Shown here: in pieces, positions 55,860 through 64,000 of the stretch
Layout of the letters: every line of letters begins with the position of its first letter
Position numbering within the stretch: the first letter of the stretch is position 1
Source of the DNA: a virus
Lineage: Duplodnaviria; Caudoviricetes
Virus record (IMG/VR): IMGVR_UViG_2906976556_000001
Span: 1 to 64,000 of that record
Length of the DNA stretch: 64,000 nucleotides
Reading direction: 5' to 3' (one strand)
Program-made: the position numbers and the translations under genes
The notes under the pieces: model-generated
Told to the model about the DNA's origin: nothing
The model's database searches: none
Seen by the model: only the letters and a program-made list of their open reading frames with translations

Positions 55860-56089
55860 TGGTCCTCCTGTGGGTGGAGAGGTTCGGTGATGTCTCGCTG
55901 CTCCGGCTCGTCGAGATCGGTCAGCCCCGACCCGACCGACACGGCGCCGTCGTACCGGTCCGCCGCACGCAACCGGTTCAGACACGGTGTCCGCCGCTCC
56001 CTCCCGTCCGGCCACACACAGCGGGACCGGACGGGAGCGTGGCAGTCAGGGCAGGCGACGATCCCGGCGTCGTTGTGTGCGGCCGTCAC
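55856..56089 (-). CDS. Small zinc-finger protein
   Basis: CPDCHA...RC...PCLNR. Confidence 0.55.
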   Translation of the reverse strand: MTAAHNDAGIVACPDCHAPVRSRCVWPDGRERRTPCLNRLRAADRYDGAVSVGSGLTDLDEPEQRDITEPLHPQEDQ

Positions 56090-56814
56090 GACGTCCGCCT
56101 CTGCTCGTGACCGCAGCGGACGACCGGCTCGGAACCGATGATCCAGCCGGCCTCGTCGCAGTCCGGGCATGAGCTGATCGCGGCGCGTTTCGCTTTCGCC
56201 TGATCGAGGACCGCCCGCCCGTGCGCCTCGTCCCAGTCCGCTCGAGCTCGGCGCGCGTCAGCGCATGCGCCGCAGCGTGGTGGGTGCGGTTCGTTCCTGT
56301 GGCGGATGCATTTCGGGGAGGGCGGTTCTTGCGCGTTGCTTTCAGTAACCCTCCTACCCAAGTCTTCACTAGAAGAGGTCGGGTCGGGTCGGGATGGGGT
56401 CGGGTCGGGTCGGGGTTCGCGAACCGATTCCGAACTTCGCTCGGTGTTCGCCTGAACATCGTTGGAACGGTCGCCGGTTTTGCGTTGCGCCCGTTTCTTT
56501 TTCATCCGTTCCCTGGCTGCCTCGCGTTCGGCTTCTACCACGGCTTTCATCGGCTGGTAGCCCTCCCAGTCGTGGAACTGGAAGCCGTTCTCGCCGTGGT
56601 GCACGGCCTCTATCCACAGCTCAGACGTGACCAAACGGCGTGCATACGAACCGCGAGGATCCCAACGCTTCGCGATCTCTCGCGGTACAAATCCGTCAGT
56701 CAAATTGCGCGCCGACCATGCACCCGCGAGCACCCAAAGCCCCATTGCGGCGGTTCCTGCGCGTCGAACCTTGCGGTGATCGGGCAGTCCGTCGTCAGCT
56801 TTGAACCATGGCAT
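56086..56814 (-). CDS. Phage replication initiator-like protein
   Basis: MPWFKADD..DHRKV, AMGLW, TDGFVP, FHDW, PDPTRP linker, C-terminal Cys motifs. Confidence 0.75.
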   Translation of the reverse strand: MPWFKADDGLPDHRKVRRAGTAAMGLWVLAGAWSARNLTDGFVPREIAKRWDPRGSYARRLVTSELWIEAVHHGENGFQFHDWEGYQPMKAVVEAEREAARERMKKKRAQRKTGDRSNDVQANTERSSESVREPRPDPTPSRPDPTSSSEDLGRRVTESNAQEPPSPKCIRHRNEPHPPRCGACADARRARADWDEAHGRAVLDQAKAKRAAISSCPDCDEAGWIIGSEPVVRCGHEQRRTS

Positions 56815-56976
56815 GTGGTGGGTTCTCCTTTCCTGTCAGTGCGCGGCGCTCGGTCGACCCGTAGGGGTAGGTGAGGCCGCGTTCTGTGTCGGATTCGCGG
56901 AGCGCGAGGATGATTCCCGTCGCGCCGAGAAGGATCGCGGCGGCCGCCAACACACCGCCGACGATCTCGATCCACG

Positions 56977-57915
56977 TCATGACGCACCTGCCGGGAACTC
57001 GTCCCACGTGCGGCCGTCGAGTTCCCGGCCGGCGGTCTTCTTTCCGACTCGGCGCATGAGGTGGTCGGCGTAGCGCGAGTAGCGTCCGGGGGCAGCCGGT
57101 TCGGTGTCTGGTCGCCACGGGTAGGCGTGGCTTTCGAATGCCTCGCCGAGTACCCAGACGTCACCGTCCTGTGGCTGGCCGTCGACTGGCGCCCATTCGC
57201 CCCACTGCTTGAAGTGGAATGCGATTTGTGCGTCTTTGCACTCGTCGCGTAGCAGTCGCACCCAGCCGGGATGTAGGGGGCGTGCGCGACGGCCGGACTC
57301 ACCTCCAGCAATGACCCAGTCGAGCCCGGGCAATCGGTCTATCCGAGTGCTGCGAAAGATGTCGATCTCACCGAGAAGCGGTTCGGCGCTGACGAATCGG
57401 ACTGCCGCCGGGGTGTCGAGCAGACGGTCGATGCGGATGTCGGCCCACTTCTGATTTTCGGCGGACACACCCAACCAGACATTCGGCAACGGAAGCTGGA
57501 AGTACCCGTCGAAAGCTCCGTCGCATGCATCGAACACAGCCGCTTCGAAACTCTCGGACGACAGCAGGGATTTCATCCTCGCGTGGCGCTTGGTCAGGAC
57601 CTGGAAGGTGTGCTGCGGCGTAAGCGCCATGACCGCGAAGACTCGCGCGATGTACTCGTTGGGGATGTCGTCGTGGAACAGATCCGACATGCTGTTCACG
57701 AAGACGCGGCTCGGTGTCCGCCACCGCAGCGGCTCAGCGAGTTTCGCCGGCCGCAGCTGGACGTCGAAGCCGTTCTCGAAGTAGTGGCCCGGTGTACCGC
57801 GGAACCGTTCAGCGAGGGTCTCGGCGTAGCAGTGATCGCACCCGGGTGACACTTTGGTGCAGCCGGTGACCGGATTCCATGTCCGGTCCGTCCATTCGAT
57901 CGTCGTTTTTCCCAT
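56977..57915 (-). CDS. Gp37/Gp68 (DUF5131) radical-SAM-like protein
   Basis: IEWTD.TWNPVTGCTKVSPGCDHCYA, FVNSMSDLFH, SAEPLL, GGESG. Confidence 0.9.
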   Translation of the reverse strand: MGKTTIEWTDRTWNPVTGCTKVSPGCDHCYAETLAERFRGTPGHYFENGFDVQLRPAKLAEPLRWRTPSRVFVNSMSDLFHDDIPNEYIARVFAVMALTPQHTFQVLTKRHARMKSLLSSESFEAAVFDACDGAFDGYFQLPLPNVWLGVSAENQKWADIRIDRLLDTPAAVRFVSAEPLLGEIDIFRSTRIDRLPGLDWVIAGGESGRRARPLHPGWVRLLRDECKDAQIAFHFKQWGEWAPVDGQPQDGDVWVLGEAFESHAYPWRPDTEPAAPGRYSRYADHLMRRVGKKTAGRELDGRTWDEFPAGAS

Positions 57916-58130
57916 CAGCTGCGACCTGGCTTGTCCTCTGGCCACTCTGCGGCCCACGGGTTCCCGAGTTTTCCGGCCTCGACGACACCCGTCTCCATGC
58001 CGTGCTTGGCCGCGTAGTCCTCAGCCTGGACGATGCAGAACCCTTGCGGGCCCGACGCGATCAGCTTGTGGCGCGGCGGATCGTATTCGGTGTGCAACGC
58101 GAACGCCCGATGCGTGTTTGCTTCATTCAT
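57915..58130 (-). CDS. Hypothetical protein
   Basis: Coupled ORF with RBS. Confidence 0.5.
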   Translation of the reverse strand: MNEANTHRAFALHTEYDPPRHKLIASGPQGFCIVQAEDYAAKHGMETGVVEAGKLGNPWAAEWPEDKPGRS

Positions 58131-58244
58131 TCGGAACTCCTGGAATAGCTCTCGCCGAGTCGTACAGCGAGGGAACAGATTTGGAATGCGGCGTACGCGG
58201 TCGCTGATGCGGCCAGTGAGAACGCCGTGAACAGGGATGCGAGT

Positions 58245-58604
58245 TCACGCTGCGTCATCAGGCACCCCCGGCAGGTATTCGATTCCGCCGGCGTCGTCCA
58301 ACAGCACCAACTGGCCGCGGTACAGGACGGGGACGTCGGCGGGTTCCTTGTGCTGAGGCACCAGCCAGCCATGCTGGAGCGCGTCCGCGCGGGCCGACTC
58401 GATCCGGTTGTGGCAGCGCAGGCAGACCGCGAGGCAACCCGACGCGGCGTTCGTAGATGCTCGCCGCGTACCACCCATCCCTCGGGCACGGCGGTGGTGA
58501 TCCTGAACAGCCCAGTCCAGTCCGCAGCGTTCACACAAACCCCCTGAGCGTTGACGGACAACCGACTTCGTCTGCGGAGAAAAACCTGTGTAGCGCGCCA
58601 TCAC
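58245..58604 (-). CDS. HNH endonuclease-like protein
   Basis: CERC...HHR..RGMGG...CLRCH. Confidence 0.75.
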   Translation of the reverse strand: MMARYTGFSPQTKSVVRQRSGGLCERCGLDWAVQDHHRRARGMGGTRRASTNAASGCLAVCLRCHNRIESARADALQHGWLVPQHKEPADVPVLYRGQLVLLDDAGGIEYLPGVPDDAA

Positions 58605-58981
58605 GCCTCCTTATTCGCGAGTTCGAGCAACACGTCGGCGTGACACGGCTCATCGAGGGAGCACCAGCAGACGACGTCGTGACCTCGGAGGACCGGCAAA
58701 GCGTCGCGGATCCAGTCACGCTGGGAATCCAGTTGCGGGTATCCGCCGCCCACCATCAGCGCGGGCGCAGCTTTCCCTTTGGTCAGCCAGTCATGGAACA
58801 GCCGAATGACCATCTGCTGCGACATCTCAGGATCGGCCGAGAAGTACATTCCCGGACCAGCGACTAGCCCGTCCGAGCCGATACGCCACGGGTTGCCGAA
58901 CCGGGTCGGCCGACCGACGTACACGGCACCCTCGGGCATACGCCAGCCCTTCGTCCGCTTGCGCTGGATCCGTTGCGGCAT
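58601..58981 (-). CDS. DUF4326-like protein
   Basis: VYVGRPTRFGNPW, LRGHDVVCWC...CHADVL. Confidence 0.8.
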   Translation of the reverse strand: MPQRIQRKRTKGWRMPEGAVYVGRPTRFGNPWRIGSDGLVAGPGMYFSADPEMSQQMVIRLFHDWLTKGKAAPALMVGGGYPQLDSQRDWIRDALPVLRGHDVVCWCSLDEPCHADVLLELANKEA

Positions 58982-59397
58982 CACGCACCACCGCCATGAC
59001 CAGCCAGGCGCATGCACTCGATCGCCAACTTCGCGCGCGTCTGCAACGACGACCGCGTCGACGAACGCTCATCCACCAAATCCGCTGTGTACCGGACCTC
59101 CACCTCCGCCAACTCGAACGCGAACTGCTCCTCATCGGTGGCCTGATCTACGAACGCCTGCAAGTCGGGGATCGTTGGTTTCGTCAACTCCGCCTTTGCT
59201 TTCAGGCGGGCGACGACCCGGGCGCGCCGCAGATCGCGGCGCGCCTCCACCAACGCGGTACGCGCGTTCTTCAACTCCAACGCGGCGAGACCACCCGAAA
59301 TCTCGAGGTGCTGCAGGCCTCGTTCGATCGCGTACAGGTTGGGGACTGGGTCGTCCTCGATCTGCGCCGTCGTCGGGACGGCAGGCACGCCGCTCAT
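58981..59397 (-). CDS. Coiled-coil hypothetical protein
   Basis: Helical, coupled ORF. Confidence 0.55.
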   Translation of the reverse strand: MSGVPAVPTTAQIEDDPVPNLYAIERGLQHLEISGGLAALELKNARTALVEARRDLRRARVVARLKAKAELTKPTIPDLQAFVDQATDEEQFAFELAEVEVRYTADLVDERSSTRSSLQTRAKLAIECMRLAGHGGGA

Positions 59398-59609
59398 GAC
59401 GTGGTCCCGGACGTCGGTGGCTTCTTCTCCACCTTCAGCTTGAACACCAGGCCCATCGCGTTGGCCAGTTTCGCGACCTGGTCGAGCGTTGCAGTCGGTG
59501 CTTTGGTCACGACCTCGAGGAAGGCATGCTCGGCACTGTTGGTGCCGAACACCGCGGCCCAATCGGACTTGTCGGGAAGCCAGATGCCACCCTTCGGTTC
59601 CTGGCTCAT
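59394..59609 (-). CDS. Hypothetical protein
   Basis: Coupled ORF. Confidence 0.5.
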   Translation of the reverse strand: MSQEPKGGIWLPDKSDWAAVFGTNSAEHAFLEVVTKAPTATLDQVAKLANAMGLVFKLKVEKKPPTSGTTS

Positions 59610-59935
59610 GACGGCTCACCGCCATTCGGCTGGACCAGACGGACTGCGACCAGATCCTCGTGCGTTTCACCGAACTCGACGACGCGGCCGTGCTCCATCG
59701 CAATCAGGTCGACCTGCTGCATGTTGCCTTGGCGGATCCAACGCCAGTCGGTCGTCGCACCGAACCCAGGCTTGTCAGGTGTGGGTGAAACGTCGCCACC
59801 GAGCTGACCTTCGAGGACCCCCATCTCGAAACCGGCCATGTAGTCCGTAGCCTCGTAGATGCCACCACCGCCCTTGAGCGCGACGATCGGGCGGAACATC
59901 TCGTACTCGCCACTCGTCTCGTGTTCGCCGCTCAT
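59606..59935 (-). CDS. Hypothetical protein
   Basis: Coupled ORF. Confidence 0.5.
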   Translation of the reverse strand: MSGEHETSGEYEMFRPIVALKGGGGIYEATDYMAGFEMGVLEGQLGGDVSPTPDKPGFGATTDWRWIRQGNMQQVDLIAMEHGRVVEFGETHEDLVAVRLVQPNGGEPS

Positions 59936-61059
59936 GCTGGCTCACCCGGCTGCTCTGGCTCGGCGAATGCGTCGAGGGCGGCCTGCGCCTGGGCGGCGGT
60001 CAGGCCGTTGATGCCCTTCACGTCCTCGTCGAGGATGCCGTTGCCCTTCAGCCACTCGAAGCGGTCAGCCCAGCGGGTCAGCTTGATCGCCTTGAACTGG
60101 TCGTTGAGGTCGCGGCCCTGCTGTTCGGTGACGGGACCGTTCGGGTCGACGTCCGGGGCTTTCGGCTCGTCCGGCTTCTCGGCCGGGTCGGAATCCTGGG
60201 TCTCGGCGGCAGGCTTCTCGGCCTTGTCGGCGGCTGGCTTGTTCTTCTCCGCCTCCGCCTTGATCGACTCCGCCGACAACCGAATAGGCGGAAACTCCTC
60301 CTCCTTCGTCACCTCGCCGTTCTTCAACGACCGGAACGTCACACCGAGCGCAGACAGGTCGTGTTCCGTCCACGCGTCACGCTTGCTACCAACCTTCGCC
60401 TCAAGCTGCGCGAGCGAAATCCCGATGGTCTCGAAGTGCCCGACACTGTTCGCGATTCGCGTCGCGATCGGCACACCGCCGCCGTCCTGCAACGTGGCGT
60501 TGCACAGGTCCTTCGCCTCCTCAACGAACCACGACGGCAACACCGACAGGATCGCCTCGCGGACACGACGGGCACCCGCGTTGGCGTTGTTCTCGTAGAT
60601 GTCACGCATGTCGGTGAGCTTCACTGCGCCACCGGTCTTGTCCCTCTTGTGCGGGACGATGAATGTCGTCGAGTTTCGGGCGTTCGTCTCGAGATCCCAG
60701 GCGTAGGCCTGCATCTCCGATTCGCCCTTCTCGTCGTCACGACGGAGCTCGGTGACGCCGTACTGGATGTTGCCCCAGCAGCGGGCGAGTTCGCGGGCGA
60801 GGTGCACCGACGGGCCGGTGACCGTGTTGCCGCCACGTGAGTACCGGAAGAATGCTTTCTCGGCGACTGCCTTCTGGTGGGTGGTGTCGCGCATTTCGTC
60901 GACGGCCAGCGGCTTCGACCGCCGGTTCTGCTGGGCGACGAGAACAGCGGCCTGGACCTCGGCGACGGCGCGGGACTGTTCGATCGCGGTCGCCTGACTG
61001 ACGCTGGTTCGCGGAGCTGCGGGAGTGGCGACGGGCTGGTAGCGGACGGGGCTAGACAT
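59932..61059 (-). CDS. Putative single-strand annealing/recombination protein (RecT-like role)
   Basis: EQSRAVAEVQAA, GPSVHLARELARCWGN, ARRVREAI; follows the RecE-like gene. Confidence 0.7.
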   Translation of the reverse strand: MSSPVRYQPVATPAAPRTSVSQATAIEQSRAVAEVQAAVLVAQQNRRSKPLAVDEMRDTTHQKAVAEKAFFRYSRGGNTVTGPSVHLARELARCWGNIQYGVTELRRDDEKGESEMQAYAWDLETNARNSTTFIVPHKRDKTGGAVKLTDMRDIYENNANAGARRVREAILSVLPSWFVEEAKDLCNATLQDGGGVPIATRIANSVGHFETIGISLAQLEAKVGSKRDAWTEHDLSALGVTFRSLKNGEVTKEEEFPPIRLSAESIKAEAEKNKPAADKAEKPAAETQDSDPAEKPDEPKAPDVDPNGPVTEQQGRDLNDQFKAIKLTRWADRFEWLKGNGILDEDVKGINGLTAAQAQAALDAFAEPEQPGEPA

Positions 61060-61900
61060 GGCTGAGGAACTCCTCTGACTGGTAGAAGGCCCAACTGGGC
61101 AGGGAAACCTGGTGAACGTCATCGCCCCAACCAGGCCAGTCATCGTTGGCGTGGCATTTGGCGTAGATGTCGATCGCGGCGCGGCTGAGACGACGGCCGA
61201 GATTCACTGCGTCCTGGTCGAGTTCGATGACTGACACGGTGTACGGGGCGCTTTTCTCCTGAACGACGAACACGAAAGCGGGGTCGTCGTCCAATCCCAA
61301 CGCGATCGCTGCGTCCCGGTACCACGGATCCTGAATGTGGTAGCCGTACTCAGCGGCGGACTTCGCGAACTTCGCAGGGTTGGCGGACGCAGCGGTCTTG
61401 TAATCGGTGATGATCAGCCGACTCCGTGAATGCACCGGCAGCCAATCCGGCCGCGCCCGGAGCATCACTCCGGTCTCAGGATCCTCGTAGTACATCGAGC
61501 GTTCGGCGACGCCTTCGTGAAAGAGAATGTTCGCGAGCGGGTGCGATCGGAGGGCAGCCGCCATCTCGTGGACCTTGCGGAAGTCCTTCTCGAGCAGCGG
61601 CGTTTTGCCTTCCGCGCGTGCCTCGTCTCGTTTCTCCTTCGACGCCTTCGTGCTCCAGCTGTCGAATTCAAGCGACACGATCTCGGCGCCCTCACCGAGC
61701 ACGAGTGTGTGAGCCGCATGCCCGAGATCGAAGTTGTCGTTCGACTCCGGCGGATGGTCGCGTTCCCACTTGAAGATCGCGGGGCACGACGGCGGCAGAA
61801 GTTTCCGTGCACCCGACGACGACAAACTTCCCTTGTCGCGGTGGTACTCCGAGTCGGGAATGCCGTCGTACTGGCCTGGCCCTTCGACGATGTCACTCAT
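61052..61900 (-). CDS. RecE/exonuclease VIII-like PD-(D/E)XK nuclease
   Basis: LSSSG, GHAAH, RARPD, DYKT, YHIQ..WY. Confidence 0.88.
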   Translation of the reverse strand: MSDIVEGPGQYDGIPDSEYHRDKGSLSSSGARKLLPPSCPAIFKWERDHPPESNDNFDLGHAAHTLVLGEGAEIVSLEFDSWSTKASKEKRDEARAEGKTPLLEKDFRKVHEMAAALRSHPLANILFHEGVAERSMYYEDPETGVMLRARPDWLPVHSRSRLIITDYKTAASANPAKFAKSAAEYGYHIQDPWYRDAAIALGLDDDPAFVFVVQEKSAPYTVSVIELDQDAVNLGRRLSRAAIDIYAKCHANDDWPGWGDDVHQVSLPSWAFYQSEEFLSHV

Positions 61901-62085
61901 GGTCGGCCTCCTGGCAGACTCAGATTGTCGGGATGGGTGGGTGTGACCGTGAAGTGCCCGTACCGGACGTGCACCCACTTCGAGCAAACGGATTCGATAA
62001 CTCCGTCCTCCTTGTAATTCGGGTCGACGGGGGAGGTGTAGATGACGTGAGAACCAATGCGCTTCTTCGCTTCTCGGAGTTTCAC
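61897..62085 (-). CDS. Small hypothetical protein
   Basis: Coupled ORF. Confidence 0.5.
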   Translation of the reverse strand: MKLREAKKRIGSHVIYTSPVDPNYKEDGVIESVCSKWVHVRYGHFTVTPTHPDNLSLPGGRP

Positions 62086-63638
62086 GACGCAACCCCTAGC
62101 GATTCGGCGACGACGGCGACGAGGTCTCGAGCAGCCGGCGGGGTGACCGCATTCCCTGCCATGCGGACCTGTTCGCGGCGCGTGCCGAGAACGACGTAGT
62201 CGGATGGGAAGTCCATCGCGGCGACGATCTCGCGGGGCTCGAGCATCCGAAAACGAACGTCGTCGATGTCGATCGTTGGCCTGTCAGCCTCGATCAGCGA
62301 TTGGTGACCCGCGGTGGTGACGGTGCGGATGTACTCATCTGACGGTGTGGTGTGCCGTGCAGGGTTCCCTCCTCGAACTCCGTTGTTGCGCATGATCAGC
62401 GCGTGGTGATTGCCAGAGGCGGTGACCGTCGAGAGTGGATCACTGGCTGGTCGTGCGACCGACCCGCCACCGCGGAGTTCCGCGATGAACGGCGGCGACA
62501 CGACACCGTGGTGAATGCCGCCTCCAGAGACCGTCGACAGTGCCGCGTCGGAGCGGTGGTTCTTCGACTGCCCACGCATCACCGTCACGAACGGCAGAGC
62601 GACGCCGGTCTCACTGCGTGTGGTCATCGTGCGCATGGGGTCATCGGATGACGATGCCGACTTCCCTTCGCGGCCCTCGACCGGGACGACGAGAGCCTTA
62701 GTCGTGGCCGTCGTCATCGTCGGCATCGGCTCGTCAATCCCGCGCCCGCGGTTCGAGTGATTGTTGTCGAGCACGAACGGCGACCAGTACCGCTCGATCC
62801 CTGCCTGTATTCGGGCCATCGTCTTCGCGGCCAGCGGCTTCGGACGGTCCCCGATCCGCACGCCCTGCATCGACCAGTCGATGATGTCGGCAGCCGGCCG
62901 GAATGCAGGCTCGACAACCTGGTTGCGGCACTTCACGTTCGGGCAGCGGTAAACGTACTGCGCGCGGTACCGACCCCACGGTGCACGATCAGTCCGCTTC
63001 CACGACTGCATCGCCCGAACCGGGCCACACTCCGCACACACCGCGTGCGGCCGCGTGACGTGATGCAAGTTCGGCTTCGTGTTCCCGTGCAGCCAGAACA
63101 CGATGTACATCCGATCCCGCGACTGCGGAGCACCCGGCCCATGCAATTGCGCGTGCATCGAGTTCAGATACACGACCTCGTGGTCATAGCCGAGCGAGTC
63201 CATCGCCATCAGCCACGCGCGGAACGGAGTCCAGTTCCACGCATCGACAACGTTCTCGACGATGACCCCGCGGTACCGGTGGAACTCGGTGAAGCGAACG
63301 ACGTCCCACATCGTCGCCCGAGACCGCTCAGCGGCGTCGTCGGGCAGAACCTCCTCGAACAAGTCGGGTGCCGAATCGGCCCGCTTCTTACCCTTCGCGA
63401 TCGAGTGGTTGGTGCACTCCGGTGAGAACCACCCGATGTCGGTCGTCGGGAAGTAGCGGGGATCGATCTGGGACAGGTCAGCGCAGATGTGGTCCGCGTC
63501 GGGATGGTTGGTGTTGTGCGTTTCGATCGCGAGCTTCCAGTGATTCGAGGCGACTCGAATGCTGATGCCCGGCACTTGGATCGCACCGGTGCTTGAACCG
63601 CCAGCACCACAGAACATGTCGGTCAGCGTCAACGTCAT
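62082..63638 (-). CDS. C5 DNA cytosine methyltransferase
   Basis: DMFCGAGG, SPEC, VENV, QSRDR, GNAVTPP. Confidence 0.92.
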   Translation of the reverse strand: MTLTLTDMFCGAGGSSTGAIQVPGISIRVASNHWKLAIETHNTNHPDADHICADLSQIDPRYFPTTDIGWFSPECTNHSIAKGKKRADSAPDLFEEVLPDDAAERSRATMWDVVRFTEFHRYRGVIVENVVDAWNWTPFRAWLMAMDSLGYDHEVVYLNSMHAQLHGPGAPQSRDRMYIVFWLHGNTKPNLHHVTRPHAVCAECGPVRAMQSWKRTDRAPWGRYRAQYVYRCPNVKCRNQVVEPAFRPAADIIDWSMQGVRIGDRPKPLAAKTMARIQAGIERYWSPFVLDNNHSNRGRGIDEPMPTMTTATTKALVVPVEGREGKSASSSDDPMRTMTTRSETGVALPFVTVMRGQSKNHRSDAALSTVSGGGIHHGVVSPPFIAELRGGGSVARPASDPLSTVTASGNHHALIMRNNGVRGGNPARHTTPSDEYIRTVTTAGHQSLIEADRPTIDIDDVRFRMLEPREIVAAMDFPSDYVVLGTRREQVRMAGNAVTPPAARDLVAVVAESLGVAS

Positions 63639-63862
63639 TCCTGGCCTCCGATGTACAGCAGCCGGTGCGGATAGTCGTCGAGATCGGACGATGTGATGGG
63701 CGTGGAGTCGCCGGTCTCGACCCACTCGTCGGGCTCGGATGCAGTTGCAAGCCAGGTCTTTTGCGCGACCCGGGCAGTTCCGGATCGGACGATCGACCCG
63801 ACTGGGAGCTCGACGAGCTGGTCGAGCGAGGTGATCTCGTCGCCGACGTTGAGCGTCGTCAT
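63635..63862 (-). CDS. Hypothetical protein
   Basis: LVELPVGSIV motif; coupled. Confidence 0.5.
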   Translation of the reverse strand: MTTLNVGDEITSLDQLVELPVGSIVRSGTARVAQKTWLATASEPDEWVETGDSTPITSSDLDDYPHRLLYIGGQE

Positions 63863-64000
63863 GCCACACCTGCCGTCGCCAGCTCATGCTCGCGGTAACA
63901 CCTGCCGCACATGCCCTTGCGGTGGTGCGACACGGTGTCCGGGTATTCCTCGAGCAGACGACCCATCGGCCGCACCGAACGGCCGCACGAACCTGCACAA

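Larger units (their letters stand above)
1..64000. mobile_element. Temperate siphovirus prophage (actinobacteriophage), incomplete at right edge
   Basis: Ordered terminase-portal-MuF-scaffold-capsid-tail-TMP-lysis module plus early recombination/replication genes next to a tRNA 3' end. Confidence 0.95.

Noticed and set aside
56378-56416. GGGTC-type tandem repeats
   Set aside because: They encode the PDPTRP linker inside the replication protein; an origin role cannot be supported from sequence alone.
62082-63638. Restriction-modification system
   Set aside because: No adjacent restriction endonuclease; an orphan phage methyltransferase in the early region.

Overview
High-GC actinobacterial sequence (gene content suggests a Rhodococcus/Gordonia-type host; this is inference) made up almost entirely of one temperate siphovirus prophage. 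It starts at a tRNA-Arg(TCT) 3' end, the probable att site, and runs off the right edge. Left to right: an accessory region (DUF2637-HTH gene, lipoprotein, SOS-box-linked Zn-ribbon gene, Xer-like tyrosine recombinase, a soluble+4TM putative RexAB-like defence pair, a Wzy/O-antigen-ligase-like gene). Then, on the minus strand: receptor-binding/tail genes, split lysin A and holin, tape measure, frameshifted tail chaperone, head genes, a MuF-like protein fused to an HEXXH metallopeptidase, portal, a split terminase with an Ala-initiated class-3 LAGLIDADG intein, and HNH. The early region follows (RusA, displaced lysin B, Rep, RecE/RecT-like, Dcm). The most striking element is a self-contained RNA-repair/surveillance module at about 43.7-49.2 kb. 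It has its own promoter, a tandem array of four Y-RNA-like ncRNAs (one a circularly permuted tRNA mimic with an intact Ser-GCU-type anticodon arm), Ro60/TROVE, an unknown Cys/His protein, an RlaP-like nucleotidyltransferase, an Rnl1-type RNA ligase and PNK/phosphatase. All family assignments come from motif recognition by eye; no database searches were run.
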